The notes below the pieces were generated by a model. That model searched no databases and was not told where the DNA came from. It was given only the letters and a program-made list of their open reading frames with translations. From a virus (lineage: Duplodnaviria > Caudoviricetes): a stretch of 64,000 bases of DNA. Where the stretch lies: the IMG/VR virus record IMGVR_UViG_3300014204_000183, positions 4,155-68,154 of that record; one strand, written 5' to 3'. The position numbers were made by a program, and so were the translations under genes. This document shows, one piece after another, positions 43,988 to 53,685 of the stretch (the stretch's first letter is position 1; each line of letters begins with the position of its first letter).

Positions 43988-44129
43988 CCGTCACCTCCTC
44001 TAAGTTTAATCCCGACACACCGACTCCGCAGAATGGACAGTATTCCATATGTTCAAATCCCGCTATGTGCATCGAACATGTATCGGCAATAACTTCAAAT
44101 CGACAACCACAGTCTGGACATTTAAGCAT
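43977..44129 (-). CDS. small Zn-ribbon protein, 50 aa (not in ORF track)
   Basis: MLKCPDCG...YCPFCG. Confidence 0.6.
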   Translation of the reverse strand: MLKCPDCGCRFEVIADTCSMHIAGFEHMEYCPFCGVGVSGLNLEEVTDED

Positions 44130-45447
44130 TCCCCACCTCACGCATTAGATCCAACTGATATCGTTGCGGGCCGAGATGCTCATCGTCTGTTTTTAATTTA
44201 ACCGGCAACCTCCAAGTAACCCCGTACTTTTTACCTACTCCATGCAGCAGTTGCGTTGGTTCGGTGTACCCTCCAAATGCGTTAAAAGCGTACGCGTCCG
44301 TGGCAACCCAGGGTCCGTTCATTAGAAGTTCTCCATCAAACTGCCCAAGGGAGGCGGGGCGATGGAAGTGACCACAACAGAAGTACCGTATCCTATTCTG
44401 ACCTTGCAGAGCCGTCAGTGCTGTAATACGATTCTGACGCCGTTCCATGCCATACCACGGCACCCCAAGCTGTGATCGCACGTCGTCACCGTGGAAGATG
44501 CTGAATCCAACACCATTGATATCGAGATTAATACTCCAAGAATCTGGAATAACAAAATTGATATTTTTAATATCCCGACAATACTGTTTCGCCGTGTCCG
44601 CGACTAGATAGTCCCAATTATCGTGGGCCCCGTGGTAGTCTTTCTTAATAGATCGACGGCCATGATTTCCCGGAACATATACCACATTCACAGTTTCAAA
44701 GTATGGGGCCAAGTCACGATACATTAGAGCATGCAACTGACCAATAGCGGATGAGTTCTTGAACATGTTGCGGAAATAGGATCGGTGCATGTGCCCATGG
44801 ATCTCTCCACTGGTGTGGTCTCCATAAGCAAGAACTGTTAATGATGGGAAATAAAACTGTGGGTTCAAAGTCTGCTGTGACCACTTAAGAACTGTGTCAA
44901 CATAGGTCTCAGCCCGGCGCATGCTAACTCGAAAATCATATCGTTCTAAGCCGCCACAATCTGACGGCTTTACAATCTGGTCGTGGTGGCCGTCGCTAAT
45001 GTGCATGACTAAATGCTCTTCAATTTGTCGATCACGGACAGGTCCGCGAGGGACTGGCAGCGAGGGCAGGGGCGAGAGTGGGCGCACAATGCGTTCCATT
45101 TCCTTGGCCACGGCAGTAAATAGACCATGAGATTTAGACATGACCTTTACTTGCTTTTGTAGCGATGAGCGTTCGTCCCGAAGATGATGAATTTCAGAAC
45201 TAAGTTCAAGTAGTCTGGCATCTGTGGGGTCGTATTGAACCGGTTGATTAGACTGCCCTCCAGCTCGTTTGGGAGGCACTTTACCGGGGGCCTGTTTCCA
45301 AATACGCCCAGTTGCAATGTCGGACACTACGGATCGACTTACATTGAATTCGGCCGCGACTTGTCGTTGAGTTGCCCCGGCAGCTAGACGAACCTTAATC
45401 TCGGTAGCTTTTTGAATATCTAGTTTCAAGTTAATTCCTTTCCACAA
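44122..45447 (-). CDS. HTH + calcineurin-like metallophosphoesterase
   Basis: N-terminal HTH; ISDGHHD, GDHTSG, GNHG, FHGD, GHFH. Confidence 0.85.
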   Translation of the reverse strand: MWKGINLKLDIQKATEIKVRLAAGATQRQVAAEFNVSRSVVSDIATGRIWKQAPGKVPPKRAGGQSNQPVQYDPTDARLLELSSEIHHLRDERSSLQKQVKVMSKSHGLFTAVAKEMERIVRPLSPLPSLPVPRGPVRDRQIEEHLVMHISDGHHDQIVKPSDCGGLERYDFRVSMRRAETYVDTVLKWSQQTLNPQFYFPSLTVLAYGDHTSGEIHGHMHRSYFRNMFKNSSAIGQLHALMYRDLAPYFETVNVVYVPGNHGRRSIKKDYHGAHDNWDYLVADTAKQYCRDIKNINFVIPDSWSINLDINGVGFSIFHGDDVRSQLGVPWYGMERRQNRITALTALQGQNRIRYFCCGHFHRPASLGQFDGELLMNGPWVATDAYAFNAFGGYTEPTQLLHGVGKKYGVTWRLPVKLKTDDEHLGPQRYQLDLMREVGNA

Positions 45448-45656
45448 TAGGTACAGATCATATATGAATCATTCCCACCCGAGTAATCACAACAGTAATT
45501 CATATCTGGGTGGTGGCATTTCTCTTGCAGCTCTCTCAGTCTTTTTGCTAGTTCCCTTTTATCCGCTTGGTAGTTGGAGTCTATTTTGTAGGTATCTTGG
45601 CGTAGTCGTGCATAGTCCCGCTTAATTATTTCCAATGTTTCTAGGTAGCGAGTCAA
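45426..45656 (-). CDS. hypothetical protein
   Basis: Coiled coil plus CHH/CTYCG. Confidence 0.6.
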   Translation of the reverse strand: MTRYLETLEIIKRDYARLRQDTYKIDSNYQADKRELAKRLRELQEKCHHPDMNYCCDYSGGNDSYMICTYCGKELT

Positions 45657-45711
45657 GTCGCCGGGAAGATCAGAACCTTTGTACTCAGTTACAAAACTGG
45701 CAATTATTTTC

Positions 45712-46779
45712 TTAATGAGAGTCGCTCCTTCTATGTTCTAGATAATCACAACTTACTGCCTTTAGTATCATGCGTCCACCAAGATGTGGACTAAAGCGTT
45801 CCTCAAGGGGCGTAATAACGATGCCTTCGCGGCCCTTAAACTTTGATCTAATTTGTTCCGGTTTAGCTAGCGTAGTTGGGCCGTCAACAAGCTGAGCAAC
45901 AACCTCATGGCTAAATGGACCAGTATAAAGCAATGGCACAGTTGGTACACAGAAGCGTGTTGTATAATAATTAACCGCCTCCCACGAGAGGTAGGTACCA
46001 TTTACTGATATATCAAATACCCGGTAACCAGAGTCTCCAGTGATTCCATAGTCCATACATTGTATCTTCGATCCAAAGATTTCGCCAAAGACAATCACAT
46101 TATTCGAATCCTCAGCTAGGCAGGCTAATAGATCTGTAAGATTGGAGTTAAGTGGTTTCCAATACACTGACGTGTTCCCAGACTTATCCTGCTGCTGCAC
46201 CGTGCATCTATGTGAGCCGACCATGAAGTTACCAGCAATAGCGGCTATCCGTGAACAGGTACCGTGGCATTTTTCTGTTATGCGAACTGGCGTTCCTTCT
46301 GGTATGGCATCGTGATATCGAGAGTTTCTATAGTTCTCTATATCTGTGTAACAATGAAAACGGGGATCTCCTGGGGCTTGCAATCCCTGCTTATAGTATG
46401 CCGGGGCTGGTGGATCAAATTTAAACCCATGAAAACGATCAGTTAGATCATCTCCTGGAGTGTGCGCCCATTTTGTCTTAAATACAAAGCCGAATGATGG
46501 GCAGCCACGTAACCGGATAGCCGACACACGACATTTTGACTTGTAGGCGTCGCCAGGGTAGATAGCTTCTTTTAGGTATTGGTCTACACCAAGTTGGGTG
46601 GCTAACTTATTCGGTATAAGTATATCAGGTGGAAAAAATGCCACAACCTCACCGGCTACATACTTGTCACGTGTGTCACAAACTGTGTAGGCTCCAATAT
46701 GGAGAAGATCAAGTCGATCCGCATTAGGATGGCGGTCAACACTATCAATTAGGGCGGCTTCAATTTTCAAGTCAGACAT
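45712..46779 (-). CDS. RNA ligase (DRB0094/Rnl2-like)
   Basis: HPNADRLD, TEKCHGT, VFGEIFG, FDI, REGIVI, LKAVS. Confidence 0.88.
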   Translation of the reverse strand: MSDLKIEAALIDSVDRHPNADRLDLLHIGAYTVCDTRDKYVAGEVVAFFPPDILIPNKLATQLGVDQYLKEAIYPGDAYKSKCRVSAIRLRGCPSFGFVFKTKWAHTPGDDLTDRFHGFKFDPPAPAYYKQGLQAPGDPRFHCYTDIENYRNSRYHDAIPEGTPVRITEKCHGTCSRIAAIAGNFMVGSHRCTVQQQDKSGNTSVYWKPLNSNLTDLLACLAEDSNNVIVFGEIFGSKIQCMDYGITGDSGYRVFDISVNGTYLSWEAVNYYTTRFCVPTVPLLYTGPFSHEVVAQLVDGPTTLAKPEQIRSKFKGREGIVITPLEERFSPHLGGRMILKAVSCDYLEHRRSDSH

Positions 46780-46861
46780 AATTGCATCAGAGTGTTTTAT
46801 TTTTGCATCAAAAGGGCATTATTCAGGCAGTGGCTGAACCTGACTAAATAGATTGCAAAAA

Positions 46862-48625
46862 TCATGCCAAGATAATAGGATTTCGACCACCTTTTAGCTC
46901 ACTGTGGTGCGTGATTAGGTAGTCTATGGCATTAGCAAAGTATTGAGGTTCGTCATTGTCTATAAGAAGTGCTTGCAAGTCAATGTCAGACAATTGGGCA
47001 CGAAGACGAGCTAGCTCCTTGGTGTCATTAATCAAATCAAGGGCTGTTTGGATGTATGAATCAATCGAGCCAGTTATGCACTGCGGCATATTTACCTTGC
47101 GCATAAGAGCTGATGAAGCCCTATTAAAGAAGCGTGTTCCTTCTAATGTTATAGCTGGGCAACCGATGAATAAAGAATCGACTATTGTATTATATCCGCC
47201 GAATGGGTAGCTGTCAAGTGTTATTTGGGCCCGCTCCATTAGTTCCAAGTATTCTTGATAGGGTCGATCTGTGTAAACTGTGGCCGCGCCTTCAAACAGT
47301 TGCTCCATGTCGCGCATAAATGAAATACAGGCTTGATACCTGGTGACTGTCCACGACGGGAAGAATTGAAAATGAATCGGGCGGTCAGCTTGTTGCTTTA
47401 TCGTTAAAAGAGCCTCTAGCATTGGATAGTTAATCTTTGGGGATGTCCAACAACAGTTTATAAGAAACTTGTCACTTTGGCTATTTTTACGCGTATAGTT
47501 GGGGAATACCGGATGGGCTCCTATCCCTGGAATTAGTACTAATCGCTCGCTATAATTTTTAGCCGCTAACTCTGGCAGTTCAGAATCAAGCCCACCTATA
47601 AAGTAGTCAATTTTAGATCCAAAGGTAGAGACAGGGTGCCCATATCCGGTGGCCATTATCGGTGCTACTTGCATATTGGATAGACAGACAGACTCATAGT
47701 TCATGCCCACGTCTGGAAAGTACGCGAATTGAAAATCATTATACTTTATCTCCGAGTAATCAATGCGAGTCATATCAGGTTGGAGGGTTACTCGCTTTAT
47801 GTCTTTAAATAAACCCATGTCAATTTGATTTGACTTATCTTGACTAAAATGAACAAGAGTTAAATCATATCTCTTAGCTAAACACTCAATCTGATGGTAG
47901 CAACTTTTATACACGGCCGTCGTCGGCTGCCACCTATCACAAATGATTGCTATACTTTTTTTATTGGGTGTAGTATGTATCTTAGCGCCGGAAAGTTTTG
48001 CTCTAATCTGTTTATTATACTCTTGTTTAATCAGATGATCGGTCTCTGGTGAAAAATAGGTACTTTGAAAATAGAGAGGGGCGGTTCTGAAATCTGGCAG
48101 TACAAAGCCGTCGGGGACCCCCCTTAATTGACTGACTACACGCTCATGCACCGCTTTTGAGAGTGTACCAATCGCCGGTGTCTGATAGTTCGCCCACCAG
48201 AGTGAGGTCAGTTCAGCATTGGGCTTAAAGAGATCTTCAATAGGGACAATTAACTCATTATGACATGTAGCTAACGTTAGTATCTTGATATAGTTATTTG
48301 GTTGGCTATACACACGGTCGAGAAAGGGCTGAGTTGACCGAAGAGAGGAGGCTCGCACCATATTTGTTAAAATATGATTTACATTGATAAACACCCGTGC
48401 GTACTCTTGCGGCACTTGAAAATCTGGCTGGGTGAGAATATATAAAATTGTAAACACGTAAGTATTGAATTTACAATACTGATCTTGTGTCATTTGAGTA
48501 TAGTTACACTCATTAAAATGTTTAATGATTTGCACAAAGATCTCGGAGACCTTTGTGAAATCTTTTCGCTGATATGCGGCCAAGAGGCTCGGAATATCAA
48601 TATCAGGTAGTTGGATTATAGTCAC
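46862..48625 (-). CDS. GT41 (HMW1C/SPINDLY-like) protein glycosyltransferase
   Basis: FPDVGM, APIMATGYGHPVST..IDYF, SPKIN, LDSYPFGGYNTIVDSL. Confidence 0.85.
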   Translation of the reverse strand: MTIIQLPDIDIPSLLAAYQRKDFTKVSEIFVQIIKHFNECNYTQMTQDQYCKFNTYVFTILYILTQPDFQVPQEYARVFINVNHILTNMVRASSLRSTQPFLDRVYSQPNNYIKILTLATCHNELIVPIEDLFKPNAELTSLWWANYQTPAIGTLSKAVHERVVSQLRGVPDGFVLPDFRTAPLYFQSTYFSPETDHLIKQEYNKQIRAKLSGAKIHTTPNKKSIAIICDRWQPTTAVYKSCYHQIECLAKRYDLTLVHFSQDKSNQIDMGLFKDIKRVTLQPDMTRIDYSEIKYNDFQFAYFPDVGMNYESVCLSNMQVAPIMATGYGHPVSTFGSKIDYFIGGLDSELPELAAKNYSERLVLIPGIGAHPVFPNYTRKNSQSDKFLINCCWTSPKINYPMLEALLTIKQQADRPIHFQFFPSWTVTRYQACISFMRDMEQLFEGAATVYTDRPYQEYLELMERAQITLDSYPFGGYNTIVDSLFIGCPAITLEGTRFFNRASSALMRKVNMPQCITGSIDSYIQTALDLINDTKELARLRAQLSDIDLQALLIDNDEPQYFANAIDYLITHHSELKGGRNPIILA

Positions 48626-49790
48626 TTAAAATTCCATCATGAAGAACAAGTAGACGGTTATATTGAATCCCACGAGACTTAATATCATTATAAATATCTT
48701 CTGCTCGCCACGCTGTCGTTATAATTATAATTGGATTTCCACCCACAAGAACCTGTGGGGATTGAATCTCTTGCCCAGTGCCGGGAACATGCCGGCCAAG
48801 TTTATTTACATCTGAGTCCACGACTAAGGGGAAGGTGCCACCATCAAATTTAAACATATTAATAAAAGCGGAGCTCTTACCGGTACCACCCCATAGTGCA
48901 ACTGATGACATGGCGGCTGACTGATGCAAATCCGCAATAAAGTCGCCAATACTTTCAAATGTTCGACTTACTTTAGCTGCAAAAGCCTCGGTTCCGGCCT
49001 CGTGTTGTTTTAATGCAACATTGTGTGGCGTAAAAAATCCAACAATAACTTCGTCGCCATAATATCGAGAGGCTTCGAGTACATTAAATCCTGACGTTAC
49101 AAATAGCGTAAACAAGCTATTTAACGTAAAATTGGAGACATGCTCATACAAAAAATCTGAAATTCTACCAGTTTTTATTGCAGTATCAAAACAAGGTACC
49201 TCGGCCAAGAAAATTGGATCCAGGTCATATCGACTGCACCAGTAGGCGATCTCTGCCACAAAATCTCGTGGATTTTGTAGATGTTCAATTACATGTCGGC
49301 AGGATAAAAACTTAGGGCGGTATCGTTTTAGATCGCGTTCAGGAATGAAGTAGTCCCGTACACACTTAAATGTGGTGATCTTGTCACCTTCTATTCCCGG
49401 CTCAAAACCAATACAATCAGCGTCGGGAATTGTACCTAATAATTGAGTGAAAAATGACCCATCACCACAGCCAATATCAATTAGTGGGCCCGGAGCCCAG
49501 ACTTTTGAATTCTCAACTAGCTTATCAATTAGCCGCTGCATATGAGCCTGCCAGAGCACGCCGCTGTTATACATTAGATTTGAATCGCCAGCATATGGTA
49601 CTTGGGCGTAGTCAAAATCGGTATTCCACACATGCCCACAAATAGAGCATGAATTAAATTTCATTGGAAGACGCAACGAGTCTACGGCAGCTTCGTGTGT
49701 TCTTGGCAGATTCAAGGCGGCCAGCGGCTGTGGACCGGGGTCAAAAAGTTCGCTGGAAATATTATGCCCACAAGCAAGACACCTATTCAT
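48603..49790 (-). CDS. NDP-sugar C-methyltransferase-like protein
   Basis: CLACG..CSICGH Zn site, DIGCGDG, RHVIEH, YEHVSNF, WGGTGK, VVDSDVNKLG..VPGTG. Confidence 0.85.
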   Translation of the reverse strand: MNRCLACGHNISSELFDPGPQPLAALNLPRTHEAAVDSLRLPMKFNSCSICGHVWNTDFDYAQVPYAGDSNLMYNSGVLWQAHMQRLIDKLVENSKVWAPGPLIDIGCGDGSFFTQLLGTIPDADCIGFEPGIEGDKITTFKCVRDYFIPERDLKRYRPKFLSCRHVIEHLQNPRDFVAEIAYWCSRYDLDPIFLAEVPCFDTAIKTGRISDFLYEHVSNFTLNSLFTLFVTSGFNVLEASRYYGDEVIVGFFTPHNVALKQHEAGTEAFAAKVSRTFESIGDFIADLHQSAAMSSVALWGGTGKSSAFINMFKFDGGTFPLVVDSDVNKLGRHVPGTGQEIQSPQVLVGGNPIIIITTAWRAEDIYNDIKSRGIQYNRLLVLHDGILSDYNPTT

Positions 49791-50331
49791 AACAGTCTCC
49801 TAAATGATTCCGTAGGTCATCAAACGAAAACGGTCGCCAGTCACCCAGCAATCTAAACGCGTTATCAACACCAACATCCATAGCTAGACGCCCGTGGAAA
49901 CAGGTATCTAATTTCTCTTCAAGAGTTCCGTGGGAATGACCATAAAGATGGATGGCCCCATGCTCTCTATTTCGCCACGATGCCATAGGATAATGAGCCA
50001 TGTGATAATATTGGCCATTAATTTTACGGTACACCATGTCATTTAATGATGAAACGTGCTTACGGAGCGACGGCGTATCATGGTTACCGGTAACAACATT
50101 CAATTCTGCTACCTTTAGACGCTGTCTATAGTGCCCATAGCGACTGGCTTTCCAAATAAAGTCGCCGAGAATCCATAGAGTGTCTTTGCGGCCTACAATC
50201 TCATTAATTCGATCAATGAGATACGTGTCCATTGCATCAAGATCGTCACCGAATAAACCCTGGCGGGCTGGTGTGTGTCTTAGAATTGCTTTGTGACCCA
50301 GGTGCAGGTCGGCTGTGAAAAAATTAGCCAT
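49783..50331 (-). CDS. calcineurin-like phosphoesterase
   Basis: TADLHLGH, LGDF, GNHD, HYP, GHSH. Confidence 0.9.
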   Translation of the reverse strand: MANFFTADLHLGHKAILRHTPARQGLFGDDLDAMDTYLIDRINEIVGRKDTLWILGDFIWKASRYGHYRQRLKVAELNVVTGNHDTPSLRKHVSSLNDMVYRKINGQYYHMAHYPMASWRNREHGAIHLYGHSHGTLEEKLDTCFHGRLAMDVGVDNAFRLLGDWRPFSFDDLRNHLGDCYE

Positions 50332-50563
50332 CCTTTAGCCCCCAGCCAATGGTGTGCCAGATTTTTTCGTGCTGATAATAAAATAGAATCTTAATACCAA
50401 GACAGGCCAGGGCCAATTCGACACTTGTGCATAGATTGGATGTAAACGGATACGCGACGAGTGTAGTAAGAACTAATGATATAGTCTCCCAGCTTGTTGC
50501 TTTAACAATTAATCGTTTAGGTGTGTTAGGGTTGTGTTTCTTCGGCTTCATCAAGCACCTCAA
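50324..50563 (-). CDS. DUF2061-like membrane protein
   Basis: RLIVKATSWE..KILFYYQHEKIW..I.WG. Confidence 0.7.
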   Translation of the reverse strand: MRCLMKPKKHNPNTPKRLIVKATSWETISLVLTTLVAYPFTSNLCTSVELALACLGIKILFYYQHEKIWHTIGWGLKDG

Positions 50564-53519
50564 GATCTTGCTGGAAATCCCCCATAGACATTAACTCAAG
50601 ACGACGATTTGCCCGTAAAACTTCTAGCACTCTCTCATCTGATGGCAGATGGAGAAGATCAACAATCGTTACTGCAATATTCTCGTCAGCGCCCATTCTG
50701 TGAATCCTATCCTCACTTTGTGAACGAGATTCTGGGGAATAGTCATTGGAATAGTAGACAGCCATTCTGGATTCAACTAATGTTAGTGACATACCGCCAG
50801 ATTTCGGGTGAGCGACGAAACAGACCCGTGGATTCTTGTCAACGGCTGCCCAATAGTCTAGCGGGCCATCTGTAGTTGACTGCCCATTTGCTTTGTACAC
50901 AAGCCAGCCTCGACCATCAACTCGCACGACATCCCATCCATGCTTCAAACAGATCTTGGTCACTCGATCAATTGATCCAGTGAAGCCAGCGAACACTACC
51001 AATCGGCCAGTCTCTTCGTTCTCATCTAAAAGGTTGATTAAGGCTTCATCCTTGGGGCATGGCACTTCCTTAACCGTTCGCTCAACCTTATCAACTTCGC
51101 CAATTCCGTTGCAAGTTGCACATGGAAGTTGTGTCTCAATTAGAGTTTCAACATACTCTGGGTCCAGCATTTCAGTCATTGTAAACGCATGCTCTGAATC
51201 CTCTGGATCAATCCAATAGGTATTCGTTTTTGAACCCTTGCATACTGGGCATTGCTCCTTACCGTTTATCTTATCACGATACTGGAACCCGTCACTTAGT
51301 TCTCGGAGTCTAACGAGGCCGGTGATAGTGTTGGGGGCCGACTGTAATAATGATGCCGCTACGCGCACTGTAGCAGGAGATGGCTTGCAATATACTTGTC
51401 GGTATTGTTTATCCGGCAATTCAATGCAATCCTTTTTCTGTTTAATAATTACAAGGCCCTTGAGTCGCTCACTTAAATACGCAACCTCATTCTTAGATTG
51501 CTTGAAATCATGGATATCTGATTCAACACCTGTTAATGTTAAACCAATTAAATGCGTGTGGTTGCCTTCATCTTCAAGTTCTCCACATAGATCGCACTTC
51601 TTCTCGTTATCACGCCAATCGACAAGTTGCCAGAAGGCATTTCCAATAGCCCCTTCTTCTTTTCGATGGATACCTAGTCTAAACTTAAAGGACTCAGCAT
51701 CCCCTTCTCGCAGGAATCCGGGCCACACAATCTCACACGGAGCCCACCAATCAACTGGTGACTTTGGAGAGGGGGTACCAGACATGCCGATAACAAAGCC
51801 TTCCATGCCCCAGTCACGTCGTATGCCGTCTGCAAGAGCCTGAGCTGCTTGTGTACGTTGAGTCTTGGCTGTCTTTGCACGGCTAATTTCGTCAAAGACA
51901 ACGCCCATAGGAGCAGGGTCGCCAGACTTCCACATACTCATATGTTTAACTAGACCCTCGTAGGTCATCAGTTCAATCTCAAGATTCGAGTTGACTTCCC
52001 ACCGCTTGAACTCACGCTCAACTGCGTATAAGCCCGATTTGGGACCAACCCACCACCACTTCTTCTTACCAGACTTTTCCATCACTTCGATGGCGGAAAG
52101 TGTGTTGTGCGTTACGATGTAATCATCAGTAACATAAAGTTGATTTTTATCCGCGACTGAGATACAGATACATTCGTCCTCACCTATGGGTTCCACATTT
52201 ATTATCGCCCGAGTTGGCTGATACTTAGTCGGCACTACATAGGCATTTAGTTTTCTTGTAAGTCTAAAGGGAGTAATGGTATCAGGGAAGGAAGCATAGA
52301 TTTGATAGGCGAGCCGACCGATGCGCATCTCGCCCTTATATGAGTATGTTGGATAACATGTATGCACGTGGCAAGTTCCACCAAGCGATTGTACAAGACC
52401 GACGAAGGCGTCACACAATTGTTTTGATGTTGTTGAGTATTCGACACCAGTATCAGCCGCATACCCATCAGAGTCACAAAGACCTTGTAATAGTGCCAGT
52501 CGCTGTTCAATAGAACTATACAAGTACTCTTCAGGAATGTGCTTCTCCCAGGATCTGCGACCTTTTAACTTGGACGTTTTTATCCAGCCATTTATCGTCT
52601 TGTCTTTTACGTGGTAATCAATATTATTCGAGAACTGTAAATCCTCAGACATTGCTGCATTTAATCGCGCGACTGTTTCCATATCGGGCACAGATATTTT
52701 ATTTGTCCAATCACTCAAGGATCCGTTTCCAAGTATATATCCAACAACATATGGATCGACTGGTAATTCCTTGGTAGAATAAACTACAGGTTTTACCATC
52801 GGAATATAGTATTTAGCATTGCCATTTTTTAACCTTAGACCACTCTTGATGATCTCATTTAATTCTAGTGTCTTATATCCTTGTCCTCGGTGTTTTTGGC
52901 AGGCTGACCTAACGTTCCATAGATGGTCCCCACTACAGACAACTGTAGCCCCATCAGAAAACGTGACCCTAAACATCTCCATTTTACCCCGGGGGAATAC
53001 ACCTGTAACATAGGTGGTGCCGCCATCTGGATTGATTATGGTGTCGCCAATCTTGATCTCACCAAGTGTAGTCCAGCCATCGGGGGTGGCGACTTTTGTG
53101 CTCGGTAGTCCGCCTTTTCCAAGCCCCATCTCTGCCCCAAAGATTTGATAATGGTATGTTAAGCCTGCATCCGTCATATCTTTTTGGTGGGGCCGAAGAG
53201 GTCGTTGATACGCAAAATGTTGGATTGGCCTATCGAACCATTCATAGGCATCGATGCCCATCATGACTTGTAACTGGAATAAATTCCGTCCGCAATTTTC
53301 CACCGACCAGATTTTACGTGGGGGGTCATCAAAGCCGTGCCATCGGGCATTCTTCATCGCTTTGATTTCGTCTTTAAGCGAGAAGGGCGACTTTAGAAAT
53401 TCAATCCGAGCCTCAGTGGCTTGAATTGTAGCCGGAGTTTTTATCCGGGTGCCAGAGGCGGTGGTTGTAATTAATTTGATCCCGGTAGGTGTATTAAGAG
53501 GCAGGTTCATTAGTTCCAT
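50526..53519 (-). CDS. SNF2-like SF2 helicase containing an intein
   Basis: EMGLGK|T Walker A split by intein; FDEIS, SGTP, QSEDRIHRMG. Confidence 0.88.
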   Translation of the reverse strand: MELMNLPLNTPTGIKLITTTASGTRIKTPATIQATEARIEFLKSPFSLKDEIKAMKNARWHGFDDPPRKIWSVENCGRNLFQLQVMMGIDAYEWFDRPIQHFAYQRPLRPHQKDMTDAGLTYHYQIFGAEMGLGKGGLPSTKVATPDGWTTLGEIKIGDTIINPDGGTTYVTGVFPRGKMEMFRVTFSDGATVVCSGDHLWNVRSACQKHRGQGYKTLELNEIIKSGLRLKNGNAKYYIPMVKPVVYSTKELPVDPYVVGYILGNGSLSDWTNKISVPDMETVARLNAAMSEDLQFSNNIDYHVKDKTINGWIKTSKLKGRRSWEKHIPEEYLYSSIEQRLALLQGLCDSDGYAADTGVEYSTTSKQLCDAFVGLVQSLGGTCHVHTCYPTYSYKGEMRIGRLAYQIYASFPDTITPFRLTRKLNAYVVPTKYQPTRAIINVEPIGEDECICISVADKNQLYVTDDYIVTHNTLSAIEVMEKSGKKKWWWVGPKSGLYAVEREFKRWEVNSNLEIELMTYEGLVKHMSMWKSGDPAPMGVVFDEISRAKTAKTQRTQAAQALADGIRRDWGMEGFVIGMSGTPSPKSPVDWWAPCEIVWPGFLREGDAESFKFRLGIHRKEEGAIGNAFWQLVDWRDNEKKCDLCGELEDEGNHTHLIGLTLTGVESDIHDFKQSKNEVAYLSERLKGLVIIKQKKDCIELPDKQYRQVYCKPSPATVRVAASLLQSAPNTITGLVRLRELSDGFQYRDKINGKEQCPVCKGSKTNTYWIDPEDSEHAFTMTEMLDPEYVETLIETQLPCATCNGIGEVDKVERTVKEVPCPKDEALINLLDENEETGRLVVFAGFTGSIDRVTKICLKHGWDVVRVDGRGWLVYKANGQSTTDGPLDYWAAVDKNPRVCFVAHPKSGGMSLTLVESRMAVYYSNDYSPESRSQSEDRIHRMGADENIAVTIVDLLHLPSDERVLEVLRANRRLELMSMGDFQQDLEVLDEAEETQP
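52104..53114 (-). mobile_element. intein (337 aa) with LAGLIDADG homing endonuclease, class 3 signature
   Basis: Gly1 start, DHLW block B, ECICISV block F, VTHN|T end; VVGYILGNG and LLQGLCDSDG. Confidence 0.88.
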
Positions 53520-53683
53520 CCATATGGGCCAAAAATATCTTCGTTATCATCTGGATCATAGTCATCGTCAGCGTCTAGATCGGGGTCGTAATCGTCGTCT
53601 TCTTCAAGATCTTGGTCATAATCATCATCATCACATGGATCATCTATGGGGTCATCATCAAACTCGAACTTATTATATGACAT
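53510..53683 (-). CDS. hyper-acidic 57-aa protein (not in ORF track)
   Basis: MSYNKFEFDDDPIDDPCDDDDYDQDLEEDDDY...GWN*; 28/57 D/E. Confidence 0.65.
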   Translation of the reverse strand: MSYNKFEFDDDPIDDPCDDDDYDQDLEEDDDYDPDLDADDDYDPDDNEDIFGPYGWN

Positions 53684-53685
53684 GC

